Shown in pieces: positions 1 through 13,600 of a stretch of 64,000 bases of DNA. The notes beneath the pieces were generated by a model. The model saw only the letters and a program-made list of their open reading frames with translations. It ran no database searches and was not told where the DNA came from. The stretch lies in the NCBI GenBank assembly GCA_964016885.1, contig OZ024753.1:4650001-4714000 (forward strand), in the 5' to 3' direction. How positions within the stretch are numbered: position 1 is the stretch's first letter; each line of letters begins with the position of its first letter. A program made the position numbers and the translations under genes. This DNA comes from Eledone cirrhosa. Taxonomy: Eukaryota.

Positions 1-498
1 GCCAGTGCGCCTTTTGATAACTGTGTATTAATAATTATATCCTTCAATCTGTATTTATAAGAGGAATAGTAATGTAGAAAATATTCGAAAAAATATATAG
101 AATATTTAAATGGTTAATTTTCTTTCCACTAATTGACTTGATGTTTAATTAATTACTATCATAACTCAAATAAATGTGGGCATTAATCAATCAATAACAA
201 TTAATCTTACATCTATTTTCGATGATTTCTGTGGTTAATTTCGTTTCAATATAAGAAAGGAAATATTTTGTTTCTTTGAGTACTTTCAATGTTTTCCATT
301 AAATACATGTTTACTTGTAAACGACAAAACAAATTTAGCTTCCTATTTTCTACTTATTTAATAAACTTTTCTATTATTCCTTTTTTTTTTCATTTGGTTC
401 TACATCAAATATTTTTTTAATTAAGTATTGTATAGATGTTTTTTCTTACATACACACATAAATATCTATATCTATATACATATATATATATATATACA

Positions 499-876
<378 letters not shown>

Positions 877-881
877 CTCCT

Positions 882-914
<33 letters not shown>

Positions 915-1020
915 CTACATACGTATATACATTGACATATCATACGTACATTTATGTATGGGTATCTATGTATCTCTCTCACTCTTTCTCACTTTCTCTC
1001 TCTCTATATATATATATATA

Positions 1021-1170
1021 TAACGAAGGAAATGTGGTAAGGAACCAGGTGGACTATAACGCACCAAAGTATTCAATACTTAGGGTAGTAGAGTGGGTAA
1101 TAGGAACGAGTAGGACCCCGACGGCTGAGCTCAAGCCATTTCGACGGCTAATTCTGGACTAAAAGTTTTA
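1021..1170 (-). mobile_element. Family B short (TA)n-flanked element, 5'-truncated (putative PLE terminal-repeat remnant)
   Basis: Homologous to 1275-1473, 6272-6405, 21245-21431 and 53517-53647 (shared GCCGTCGGGGTC...TATTACCCACTCTACT...GAGTACTCTGGT...TGGTCCACCTGGTT). Confidence 0.75.
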
Positions 1171-1181
1171 GTTCCTATATA

Positions 1182-1274
<93 letters not shown>

Positions 1275-1277
<3 letters not shown>

Positions 1278-1473
1278 AAAATTTCAAGACCCCGACGGCA
1301 GAACTCGAGCCGTTTCGACGGTTATTTCTGCACTCGAGAAATAGCCGTCGAAACGGCTCGAGCTCTGCCGTCAGTGTCTTGAACATTTTCCTATTACCCA
1401 CTCTACTACTCTAAATATTGAGTACTCTGGTGCGTTATGGTCCACCTGGTTCCTTACCACACTTCTTTCGTTA
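1275..1473 (+). mobile_element. Family B element with fold-back hairpin
   Basis: GACGGCAGAACTCGAGCCGTTTCGACGGTTATTTCT-loop-AGAAATAGCCGTCGAAACGGCTCGAGCTCTGCCGTC palindrome followed by the family tail into (TA)n. Confidence 0.8.
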
Positions 1474-1477
1474 TATA

Positions 1478-1568
<91 letters not shown>

Positions 1569-1569
<1 letters not shown>

Positions 1570-2208
1570 AAAATGAAGAATTAGAAATTGAAGCCAGGAC
1601 TATCCATCATCAGTGGTCTACTAGCCATCATAGCTATTTCTTCGCATTAAAGACAAGATACCTCAGGCTAGTGCGATGCAATAACTAAAATAAGTTATTG
1701 GGATAAAAAGAGTTGGGTGGAGAAAGAGAGACAGGTAAAAAAACACGAATGGTGAGGCAACGTAAAGAGAGAGAAAAATGAGTAAATCAAGTCAATGATT
1801 CATTTGAACATAAGAACTTGCGAGTATTGACGAGAAGACGAAAGTTATATCTTAACCGTGCGAAAGTAACCGAGGAAAGAATTTCGCACGGTGTGGGACG
1901 ATGGAGGAAGTGAGAGAGAGGGTGAGTAGCAGAGAGTGAGTGTGTGAAAGTGTGAGGAAGAGGCTAGCCGAGAGAGGGTGACTAGCAGAGGGGTGAACGA
2001 AAGTAAGAGAGAGAAGGGGGAGAGAGAAAGGGAATAGCAGTGGAGGAAGAGAAAAAGACAGGTCACAGCGAAGGGGAAAGCATATATGAATGAAAAATGG
2101 CGTGCTGTGTTGTTGCAATTGTGATATACAAATTAAAATGAAGAATTAGAAATAGAAGCCAGTACTATCCATCATCAGTGGTCTACTAGCCATCATTGAT
2201 ATTTCTTC
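1569..2208. mobile_element. ~640-bp unclassified element bounded by ~75-bp direct repeats
   Basis: TTAAAATGAAGAATTAGAAAT...CCATCATCAGTGGTCTACTAGCCATCAT...TATTTCTTC at ~1569-1643 and ~2133-2208, adjacent to (TA)n. Confidence 0.6.
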
Positions 2209-2985
2209 ATATATATTAAACGTAAGGCAAAACAAAAACTCTGTTTAGGGGAGTATAAGACAGACACATTTAAATAAGTTAGTCTCACTCATATAAGCAA
2301 CTCCCGACCATGATATCGAACACAAAAAAAACAACAGATGTTATTACAAATTATTGGAATAACCAATATTGGAAGAATCTTTGATTCCTTTCCGCGGTGT
2401 ATTCTTAGGAATAAGAGGATATATTAATCATTAAATATAAAGACCGTTTTATTGTTGAAAGTACATGCTGCCAAACACGTTACATTGTTGAACTAGTAAA
2501 TGAATAAATCTCTCTTAATATATTAGCACTATGAGACAGGTTTATAATAATGCTAGAAACAGCAGCCAAAATTACTGCGTCTCAGCGTGCTAACCAAATG
2601 TATATTCGTAATGTGTCTCAGACTTCATATACTTAACTTGTCAAATTGCCCCAAGGAAATAATGCTTCCATTATTCTTTCCATTACTGATATTATCCACC
2701 GGTGTTAAATTCTGGCAGAAAAAGCTATTTAAAATAATTTTCTTTCTCAAAGACATAACGCATCGCCCGGTCCAGATACAGCTGACACTTACTCACATTA
2801 TATATAGAGATATACAAATGTTTCCGTCCCCAAAGTTTATATGACTAACTCATTAGACTATCTTTCATAGCCAAAGTTGATGCTTCTAACTATCCGATTC
2901 AAATATTTACTATCACCCAATGGTTCTAAAAATAGATTGTTTATATATTTATAATCTATCATCTCCGCTCATGAATACACCATTC

Positions 2986-3051
<66 letters not shown>

Positions 3052-3115
3052 TATATACATATATATACATATATGTATATATATATATATATAAATATAT
3101 ATACATATATATACA

Positions 3116-3178
<63 letters not shown>

Positions 3179-3188
3179 AAATATATAT

Positions 3189-3273
<85 letters not shown>

Positions 3274-4024
3274 TATTAAATGAATTAGACAATTTGATAA
3301 TGTGTCTGTGCTATATTTATATATGCATTTCAGACCGCGCTCTTTATATCTAAATTAATTCCAATTATTTGAACTTCAAGTAATGCGTCGGCAAAACAAA
3401 GATTTTTGGGTCAAATTCTTGACGATTTTAGATTCATTAAGGCATCTATCGAAGCGTTCAGAAAAATCATATCCTATGAAGCAGCACTAATTTCATATAT
3501 CGCCCCAAATCGTAACACGCCTCAGTTACCACCAAATGTACAAAATATCAGTCGCATCTCTCAAATTGTCAGACTTTGCATTTCCAGATTTTTAGACAAA
3601 TTAATAACAAAAGAAACTTTTGGATATGTTGTCGATAGTGGTAACGACGTGGCTATTTTACTTCTGTTTTTTATGTTAGTTGTTCTTAATTTCTTACAGA
3701 CGACGGTACATCTTCAATTATTTTTATCTACATCATTCGTGGTTTATGTTTCAAATCCTATACGAATAAACGTTGCTATTTTTTTTCCATAATCTTATTA
3801 TAAATCAATCTATAGCATATATGTTTCACGTGTACAGATTTAAAGGTATAATGTATTTTTTACTGTCGATCAGAGTAATTTAAAGATCTATGCAGTGTAG
3901 CAGTCAAACATTGCAACTTAGTGGAATCATGGAATGACAGAATGTTTGGAGACACGGGAAATAAAAGAAGTTTGTGTTATTTTTTTAAGTTGGTTCCGAT
4001 GATATATAGTGTTATTATTATATC

Positions 4025-4550
4025 GCGGTGGATTGGCAGTATCGGTAGAGGGTCGGACGCCATGCTTTCCAGCATATTTACGTCCCTTAACGATCTGAGT
4101 TCAAATCCCGCCGAGGTTGACTTTGCCTTACATCCTTACGGGGTCGATAAAATAAAGTATCAGTAATGCACTGGGTAATTGCTGGCCTTGTGCCTAAAGT
4201 AGAAACAATTATTATTATATCGGGGTCGATAAAATAAAGTACCAGTAATACACTGGGATAATTGCTGGCCTTGTTCCAAAAGTAGAAACAATTATTATCA
4301 TTATTATTATTATTATTATTATTAAGGGCGGTGGTTTGGCAGTATAGGTAGAGCATCAGACACCATACTTTGCAGCATAGGAGTTATGGCCCTTTACGTT
4401 CTAAATTAAAATCCTACCAGGTTAACTTTGCCTTTCATCCTTATGGGGTCGATGAAATACACACCAGTAACGTACTGGGGTCAATTTAATCGACTTTTCC
4501 CTCCCACAAAATTTCTGGCCTTGTGCCTATATAAAGAAACCATTATTATT
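4025..4550 (+). mobile_element. Cluster of tRNA-derived SINE family A: full copy 4025-4218, duplicated 3' part 4220-4292, diverged copy 4325-4550
   Basis: A box TGGCAGTATCGG, B box GAGTTCAAATCC, central GCCTT(T/A)CATCCTTACGGGGTCGATAAAATAAAGTA(C/T)CAG, tail GTAGAAACAATT(ATT)n. Confidence 0.9.
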
Positions 4551-4904
4551 ATCAGTAGTAGCAGTAGTGTATGTTTCTTCCAGCCACATTTTCCCTTCCG
4601 TAATATATCTGTATAGATATCCATTACACCATCCTTCACTCCTATAGTTAACAACTCACCACGTGGTGAGTCTAAGCCTATTGTTCCTCCTACGCTGAAA
4701 AACCGCCAGTTGTTTCTTTAAAATGTAACTCAACAGTGATATTTACATGATGGAAGATCATTAACGAGAAATTTCGTACAGTTTTTCATATATGTTGTCC
4801 TACTCTTCTGCAGCACTGAATATATTTTTTTTGTCTTCTAATTCGCGTCTGGTGAACTCACAATTACTAATTGAAATAAATGGACCTCTATCCATTTGTT
4901 GTTG

Positions 4905-5230
4905 TGTTCCAGTTGTTCCATCGACGGAACAGCTTGCTCAGGAAATCATCGTGTAGTGGGTGTGCTTTCCAGAGATTACCTGTACAGTTACCGTAATTCT
5001 TAAGGAGATTTAGTGTGACTCAGTGTGTGACAAAGCTGGTCATTTGAATTACATGTACAGTCCATCCGATTGGTTTACAAACTGGTCCCGTCTACGCAAT
5101 TGCACTAAGAAAGCATGGTCCCGCCTGAGGCTATGTTGAATAATAGTTTCCCCTACAAATCACACAAAGGGATTAAACGCAGGATCTAATGATTGGGAAT
5201 TCAACTAGTTAACCATTTGGCCATGCTGCG
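4905..5230 (-). mobile_element. Second SINE family (CORE-like), diverged
   Basis: Homologous to 27430-27680 (GGAACAGC..GCTC..GAAAT; GAGATT.AG.GTGAC.CAG.G.GTGACAA); decayed tRNA-like head near 5170-5230. Confidence 0.6.
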
Positions 5231-5550
5231 CCCACACATTAACATATAATATTATATACATTAACCAGTGTGAACAAAATGTAACCAACATTTCAATTGA
5301 ATACAGTTTGTTGTTAGCTTAGCTTTGCGTCATTGTAAATACAGTGAGGTACTATGTACCTTGTCAATCCGAATTCCTGCACATGGTTTAGCATATAAAA
5401 CCTCAGAAGAAATATTTTCATCACAATTTTTAAAGACGTTGGTGACTATGTTATATTTGATTGTATCGCTTTTCAAAAATATTATTAGTAAGTGAAGCAA
5501 GTAAAATTTACTTTTCAAGAGCAAACATAAAAACAACAAACATCTGAAGA

Positions 5551-5748
5551 TGGCAGTATCGGAAGAGGGTCGGACGCCATGCTTTGAAGCATAGAGTTAC
5601 CTCCCTAGCATAGTTACGTCCCTTTTCGGTCTGAGTTCAAATTCCGCCGAGATTAACTTTGCCTTTCATCCTTACGGGGTCGATAAAATAAAGTACCAGT
5701 AATGCACTGGGTAATTGCTGGCCTTGTGCCAAAAGTAGAAACAATTAT
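5551..5748 (+). mobile_element. SINE family A
   Basis: TGGCAGTATCGG, GAGTTCAAATTCC, core and GTAGAAACAATT tail. Confidence 0.9.
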
Positions 5749-6216
5749 GATGATGAAGATAATGATAAACCAATAAGTATCGAAAGGAAACAACTAAAGC
5801 AGAAATTCTGAATTATCGGGAAAATCGTTTTGAGTAGGAATAGAAAAAGAGAAAAATATAAATGTTTTAAATAGTTTAAAAATAGTAAACTAAAATGAAT
5901 TGATATGGTAATTTAAGATATAATTAAATAGATGATAACAATTTAATTTGTCTAATATAATAATGAAAGCTTATAAAAGCAAACGAATATTAAGGTAAAA
6001 ATATGAATGTTGAAACAAATGAAAACATATAAATATGAGAAACGTTACGATAATATAATAAATATAAAGAAACGAATAGGGTAAGTCAGCATTTAATAGA
6101 AACAATAGTCAACTTTTGAAATATAATGTGAATTAAATCTGAAGAGGAAGACAATATATGAAAATAAGTCATATGTATGCCTACACATATTCATATACAT
6201 ATATGTATGTTTATAT

Positions 6217-6271
<55 letters not shown>

Positions 6272-6276
<5 letters not shown>

Positions 6277-6402
6277 CAAATGAATTGTGGTACCATAACG
6301 CACCAGAGTACTCAATACTTAGGGTAGTAGAGTGGGAAATAGTAAAAAGTATGACCCCGACGGCAGAACGGCTTGAGCTCTGCCGTCGGGGTCATACTTT
6401 TT

Positions 6403-6405
<3 letters not shown>
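6272..6405 (-). mobile_element. Family B element with fold-back
   Basis: Family tail plus AAAAAGTATGACCCCGACGGCAGA/TCTGCCGTCGGGGTCATACTTTTT palindrome, between (TA)n tracts. Confidence 0.8.
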
Positions 6406-6450
<45 letters not shown>

Positions 6451-6869
6451 ATGTATTATGATATAGCTTAATTAGTTTTTCAAAAACATCACATTTATAT
6501 TATCTATTCAAAGGTTAATTTATATGATTGTAGTGCATCTGCACTCTATTTCCGTTTCCTTTACGTTTCGCCCTCTCACAATATATATGTTTACTTCTCT
6601 TAACTACATTCTCTTTCGTTTTGTATATATATATATCAGCAAAGTCTACAACAATGGGCGGCGTTTCTTTCACTAAATCTAAATTACAAATAGGTGAATT
6701 TCAGTTTAATTTCATTCTACAACTTATTTAAAATACAAATTAGTCAGCCTTCTTTTTGTTATAGATGTCTATTTTCGCGCGCACACGAACATATATATGT
6801 GGCTGACTGAATATGCAGGAGTTTTTTTCTACTTATTCCTTTCCTTCCTCTTCTCATTCGTTATCTTTC

Positions 6870-7005
6870 TATTTCATCTTTTATTTCTTATTCTGTCTAC
6901 TGATGAAGGACTAGTGTCCCCAAATTTAAGGATCTTTTCTTACTATTTCAAGCTTTAAACTAATATATTTATTCATTGTACTGTGTCGTTATTTCTGTTT
7001 ACAAT
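6870..7005 (+). mobile_element. Family E PLE-terminus-like remnant with decayed hammerhead
   Basis: CTGATGA-A-GGAC-TAGT-GTCC at 6900 with the GAAA box lost; flanks homologous to 56100-56245 (-). Confidence 0.65.
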
Positions 7006-8104
7006 TTAATTAGCAGTATGACTGACACTGTCCGCAATTGATCATATAGGTATAAACCTAATATATTATAAGGAAACACACAAAATAGTCACGTATCCAC
7101 ATATAAAAATGACACAAGCAAATACATAGACATAAAAATGACACACACGCATACGTAAACCTACACACACATACATATATAAACGCACTCAATCTAATTT
7201 CTCATGTATTCACCTTTCATACACACGTACCAAACACATATAGACAAACTCTTACACTCACACACATTTAGCGGATACATAGAAACAATTACACGCCCAC
7301 CAAAGGCAGACATATACAAATACGCCAAGGCTCGTATATAGCCAAAGAATTAACTTACTCAGGCATTTCCATGGAAAGATCATTGTTTCAAATCATAAAA
7401 AGTAGGTTTCAAACTTCATAACGTTCATCACCCTACGGAAGCATTATATAATTTTAAATTTGTTAAGTCTTGAGTATTGTAGTTTACTTTGTATGTGAAA
7501 GTTCAATCCTTGGGTCATTTTACCGAAGTATATACTAGTTTACTGGAACCAGCGAAGTACTATCTCTAGCAACAAATAACAAATGAAAAACGGACAGAGA
7601 AAAACATAAATCGTTTGTTTCCACCTCTTAAACAGTTACTGAATACGACAGACACCAGAAGACGACTGAAGGATAAACCAGAGGAAATATTGTGCTTTTA
7701 TCTACTATGATATAGACATGAGTGCGGGTATATCCATGTATAGTTATCATAATTCATCACCTATATATTAGAAAGCTTTATGCAAAATATTTTGGCCTCT
7801 GAATCTTTTCAAATAAAATTCTATCAGGTTGAATAATCATTTTTGACGTTTTGAAGTTTATCATTATATATACAATCGTATATAATATATTAATCAACTA
7901 CCAATTTAAAAATTGATATGTGTATTACTTTTAAACTACTTCTGTATATATGCATATGCGTTCATAAATATATTTGCGCATAGTGAATTCTAAAGACTGT
8001 AACGAGTTATATATATATATATGTGTGTGTGTGTGTGCATGTGTGTGTGTGTATGTATATGATTATGTATATATGTATTCACCATATATATATATATACT
8101 AGAG

Positions 8105-8179
<75 letters not shown>

Positions 8180-8181
8180 TT

Positions 8182-8225
<44 letters not shown>

Positions 8226-9089
8226 TTTAACATATATTTATATATACGTGTGTACATACATATATCCATATATGTACATATATACGTACATATACATGAT
8301 TATATGTATAAATATATATAAGTGTGTGTGTGTGTGTGTGCGTGTGTGGGGGGGGGGGTGTTTACACATATAAGCTTTCTGCTGGAATATTTAATAATGT
8401 AGTATGTAGGACTAAACTGTTCGTATATGTATGTCGGTTACAAATAATCTGGGCTGTACGGAGGGGAAATTGAACGACATAACTAATAAAATAAGATCAC
8501 CTATATCACACTAAAGGAATATGAAATTAAAGGAAATTCTGTTATATATTTAGAACGTGTCTATTAAATATATGTATACTGGTGAATATATTGCAGCAGC
8601 ACATTGAGAAACTCTTGTGGTTAATATAGAGTAGTTAGTTGCAGCAGGAATATTTTCCGTGGTTTGCGTATAGCTTTTAAAAGTCTGTTAGTGAGCTATT
8701 TGCTGTAACGGTGTAAATGTTTTAAGCGTTATGCATGTAAGCATGATGTTTTGGGCGGTGTCGATATGTTGTTTTTATTACATTTCTAGCTGACTACGTT
8801 GTATGTTTTTTTCTGCTTAGATCAGACGTGATGTAAGAAACTTATGGAAAAGATATTGAATCGTCACATCCAGTTATGATTTCGAGTTAAACTTCTTTGT
8901 ATTTTAGAGGTTCCTTTCTTGGTTTTATATCAGTTTGTCTCGACCATTGGAAGTATCCCATTCACCTGAAAAGTATTTTAAATTGGTAGGCTTTGAGGGA
9001 TTTATTTGCTGGTTCCCAGTTATCTCTTACGAAGTTAAATCATTCACGGCAAAGTTGTACTAAAGAACGGATCACAGATAGTGAATAAT

Positions 9090-9330
9090 TATTGCACGAA
9101 CGATGGAATACTCTACTCGTAAACACATCCTACAACTGACTCAGCATTTCTCTGTCACATAGACCCTTAGCCAATTCCTTGGGGTGTTTCAGTGTGAAGC
9201 AGTGTGTGACAGGGTTGGCCAAGTGTATTTAAGATCAACCCATTTTTTCCATGGCAAAACGTATCGACGGAAATCGAACTCACGAATTTAAGATTAATGA
9301 AATTCATAGCATAGAGTGGCCACCGGTGAG
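9090..9330 (-). mobile_element. Diverged CORE-like SINE fragment
   Basis: CAGTGTGTGACAGGGTTGGCC and GGAAATCGAACTC (reverse B box) resemble the 4905/27430 copies. Confidence 0.4.
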
Positions 9331-9522
9331 CAGTGAATGATGAAATATTATTCATGTATTTGCGCTCATCAGTTATCCTCATGTTTACCAATATTTTCCT
9401 CTACTCCATGCCTTGATTCTGCTTATTCATTTCCATTTCGATCTCGTGGTGCTGCTACTGTACGCTCCCTTAATGCAATGGAGTAGAATCACTAAGACCA
9501 ATCGTGTGTAGCCAAATCCACA

Positions 9523-9762
9523 GTGTATAAGCCTGTAGTTCTCCCATTACTGTTGTACGGAACTGAGACGTCCCCCATGCATGTTCACCACATATACAAC
9601 TTAGAAGCCTTCTCTCAACCATCTTTGCACCATATACTTAAGTGATTGTGGCACAACAGGACATTACAGACATTCTATTCCGTACAAAGCTAACTGCAGT
9701 CGTTATGATCTAGCTTCTAGATCTGACACCCAGGAATGCGCTGGGAGGACTGCATTAAAGAA
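9523..9762 (+). pseudogene. Decayed RTE-clade LINE ORF C-terminal fragment
   Basis: Translates VYKPVVLPLLLYGTETSPMHVHHIYNLEAFSQPSLHHILK*LW and later PGMRWEDCIKE, matching the RTE 'LLYG.E.W' and 'GRP..RW.D' motifs. Confidence 0.7.
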
Positions 9763-10080
9763 CATCAGAAACGGTACATTGGGTAGTTTTGCCTATTTTT
9801 CAGGCAATACCAACATTGCCGACGTTATTTACATGATATCACGTCAAGTGCAACACGTTCCAAATAAATAACGTCTGCTATCGCGGTAATGCCTGAAAGA
9901 TAAGCAACACGAACAGATATACTGTCTCTAAAACCTATACAAGAGTAGGCTTTGAAACATTAGTGTGCAGCAGTGCTCAGAACGTATTTATAATAATTAT
10001 ACGTTAGCTTTGTATCTAGCATGGTGCAACGTTTTTCCTCTAACTCGTCTACAGAAACACTTGATTCTCTCTCTCTCTCT

Positions 10081-10135
<55 letters not shown>

Positions 10136-10483
10136 TGATTATATATATAATATATATAGATGATTATATATACATATGTGTATAAATATATACATACATA
10201 GGGCATATACATGTGTATCCCTATGATCTATATAAATAACAACACCAAGCCATTAGAAACAGAACAAAACATCATAACGCCACAAATAGGTACCGTACAT
10301 ACGATGCGATGTATTCAGGCATCACATCTGTTTCGATTTAAAGATCGAAGTATACCCAAAACTAAACAGATTAGGTATCTACCTGTAGTTGAAATATATG
10401 TGTTGAAATGGAACGAAACAGTCCTTTTGAAGAAACAATTCCATGCCTGGAATGATTAAACATGTGTGTTTACATAGAAATTA

Positions 10484-10519
10484 TCTGTCGAACGTCCCCT
10501 TAGTATACATAACAAGTTA

Positions 10520-10577
<58 letters not shown>

Positions 10578-10686
10578 ATATATATGTATATATTTATATA
10601 TATACATAACAAATTATGCATATATATATATATATTCTATATATATGTATATATTTATATATATATATATTGTATATATATATTTA

Positions 10687-10748
<62 letters not shown>

Positions 10749-10787
10749 ATATATATGTATATATTTATATATATACATAACAAATTA

Positions 10788-10839
<52 letters not shown>

Positions 10840-10992
10840 ATATATATGTATATATGTATATATTTATATATATACATAACAAATTATGCATATATATATA
10901 TATATTCTATATATATGTATATATTTATATATATATATATGCATAACAAGTTATGCATATATATATATATATATATTGTATATATATATTTA

Positions 10993-11068
<76 letters not shown>

Positions 11069-11143
11069 ATATATATTATATGCGTGTTGATATAGTTATG
11101 CATGTATACCTATGTGTCTGTCTAACGTCCCCTTAGTATACAA
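10484..11143. repeat. Compound (TA)n satellite with reiterated CATAACAA(A/G)TTATGCA unit, bounded by a direct repeat
   Basis: TCTGTC(G/T)AACGTCCCCTTAGTATACA at both ends; about five internal ~100-140 bp higher-order units. Confidence 0.8.
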
Positions 11144-11483
11144 CAATTTTACCCGGACAAAATCTTCTTTCATCATTTCAACACTTGATGGTCTTCAACT
11201 TTGATTTAGATGTTTCACGTGTGTTATTGTAATTTTTTCCCCAAAACATTCAGATACATTAAAGATAGAAATGCTTTTTCGCTCATTGATCTCTCTTTCA
11301 TGATAATTTGACACAGCTATATGATGAACAATGCTGTTATGTTTCTACTTTTTTCTCTCTAATGGTGTTAGAACTCGGGGGATTTTCTATGGATATTGAT
11401 ATGAAATTATATAGGCACACACATATACACTCACGGAAGCAAACAAATGGAAAGTAAGATATAAACACACACGCACGAACACA

Positions 11484-11534
<51 letters not shown>

Positions 11535-12256
11535 ATATATATATATAAATACATACACACATATATATACATGTATGTGCATAAGTATGAATATATGTGT
11601 GTCTATATATGTATATATATGTGTGCGTGTGTGTGTCTGAGTGTATGAATGAATGTATGTACGTAGGTATCTATGTATGTGTGTATGTGTGTATGTATGT
11701 GTGCATGTGTGTTGGTATGTATGCATGAATGAATGAATATATGAATGGATGTGTGTGTATTAAACTCATCGAAACAAATATTGATGTATATCGTTGTATG
11801 AGGATCAAAACATAGTGCTTATCCTAATACTCAAACTTCAGCTCATATTTATATATAAATATGTGTGTGTGTGTGTAGTTATTCATATATATATGTATAT
11901 ATATATATATATATATATTTACGTACATGAATATATCCCTGCATATATAGTTTGCATGTGTATAGTGTGCCTACGCATATGTATATCTGTACGTTTATTC
12001 ATATCTATCTATCTTCTATCTTCTTCTGTGTGTAAATGCTTTAAAAGAATCCATTTATTTGCTGCAGTAATCCCCAATGTAATACTTTGAAAATAAAAGA
12101 ACCATTAATATTTCGGTACGGGTAGTGGCTGGAAATGAGGGACTTAGATTCATTAGAGGCCTTGTTGTACATTCCTCATACATACATAACTACATACATA
12201 TATACATATTACGTACATATATACATACATATATTTATAAATACACACACACACAT

Positions 12257-12356
<100 letters not shown>

Positions 12357-13224
12357 GTGTATGTAAGTCTGTGTGTATTGAATAAGGATCAATGAAATAT
12401 GTATATACAGATGATCGAACAGATGCATGGTGAGCTACTAAATATCATTCTTGGTTTCCAGTAGGGATATAAACGAAAATGTAATACGCTTACTTAGGGA
12501 ATTATGTTTTTATCCTTTTATTATTTTCATGCTTTGAATTATTGGACTGCGTCTTTGATGAGGCATCAACACGAATACTTCTGTAGATTCCACCAACAAT
12601 ATTCGTTATTCTAGTCTGGTCCTTGTTCTATCAATCCATATTTATGTGCGCTCGTATAATTTGATCCTGACGAGGAGTTATGTAATTCATAATATGACAC
12701 TAAATAATGTTCCTTAGATAATTGTTGCGAAAGTTTAATGAGATGTACGGAGCAAAGATCAGATGTGGCGGAAACCACATATGCGTATCGCATACTAAAA
12801 TATGTATATATATATATATATGACTATATATAGAGAGAGAGGGATGGAGAAGGAGAGAGAGAGGGGAGAGAGAGGTGTAAAAACCGACCGCGGTAGGATA
12901 CAAGCTGAAACCACTTGACTCCGGGTTCTGGATTTGACATATCTCTATACCTACACTGCATCTTCCCATGAATTTTTGAGTACTCCCAATATTAGTGGTC
13001 TCCTCGGTCTCTGCCCTACAGACTCACTGTGTTTGTGTGTGTGTGTCTGTATATGCGTGTGTGCGTATGCTCATATATCCATGTAAAAATTGCACTTTAC
13101 TTCGATCTCGAATATGTGGAGTAGGGCGGAAAGAATACGGAATTACTTAATCCCACGTTCTGACGACGGCCAGTTCACCTTCTTCAACGATACCTATAGA
13201 GAAATAAAGACGTACATATACAGA

Positions 13225-13600
13225 ATAATTGTTTCTACTTTCGGCACAAGGCCAGCAATGCACCAGTACATTACTAGTACTTTATTTTATCGACCCCGTA
13301 AGGACGTATATATACAGAATAATTGTTTATATTTTAGGCACAAGACCAGCAATTACCCAGTACATTACTGGTACTTTATTTTATCGACCCCGTAAGGATG
13401 TACATATACAGAATAATTGTTTCTATGTTAGGCACAAGGCCAGCAATTACCCAGTACATTACTGGTACTTTATTTTATCGACCCCGTAAGGATGAAAGTT
13501 AACCTCGACGGGATTTGAACTCAGATCATAAAGGGACGTAACTCTATGCTTCAAAGCATGGTGTCCGACTCTCTACCGATACTGCCAATCCACCGCCCTT
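13225..13600 (-). mobile_element. SINE family A full copy with the 3' half triplicated (~92-bp period)
   Basis: Reverse A/B boxes at 13511-13590; three ATAATTGTTT...TTTTATCGACCCCGTAAGGA units; ATATACAGA at both flanks (possible TSD). Confidence 0.9.

Noticed and set aside
3406-3792. 128-aa ORF
   Set aside because: Non-ATG start, no recognisable motif, no clear splice context
4035-4110. tRNA gene (A and B boxes)
   Set aside because: Boxes too far apart, no cloverleaf, part of a dispersed SINE
12665-12700. CTGACGA-GGAGTTA..TAATTC hammerhead-like start
   Set aside because: No GAAA box or stem I/III support, and no second copy in the window
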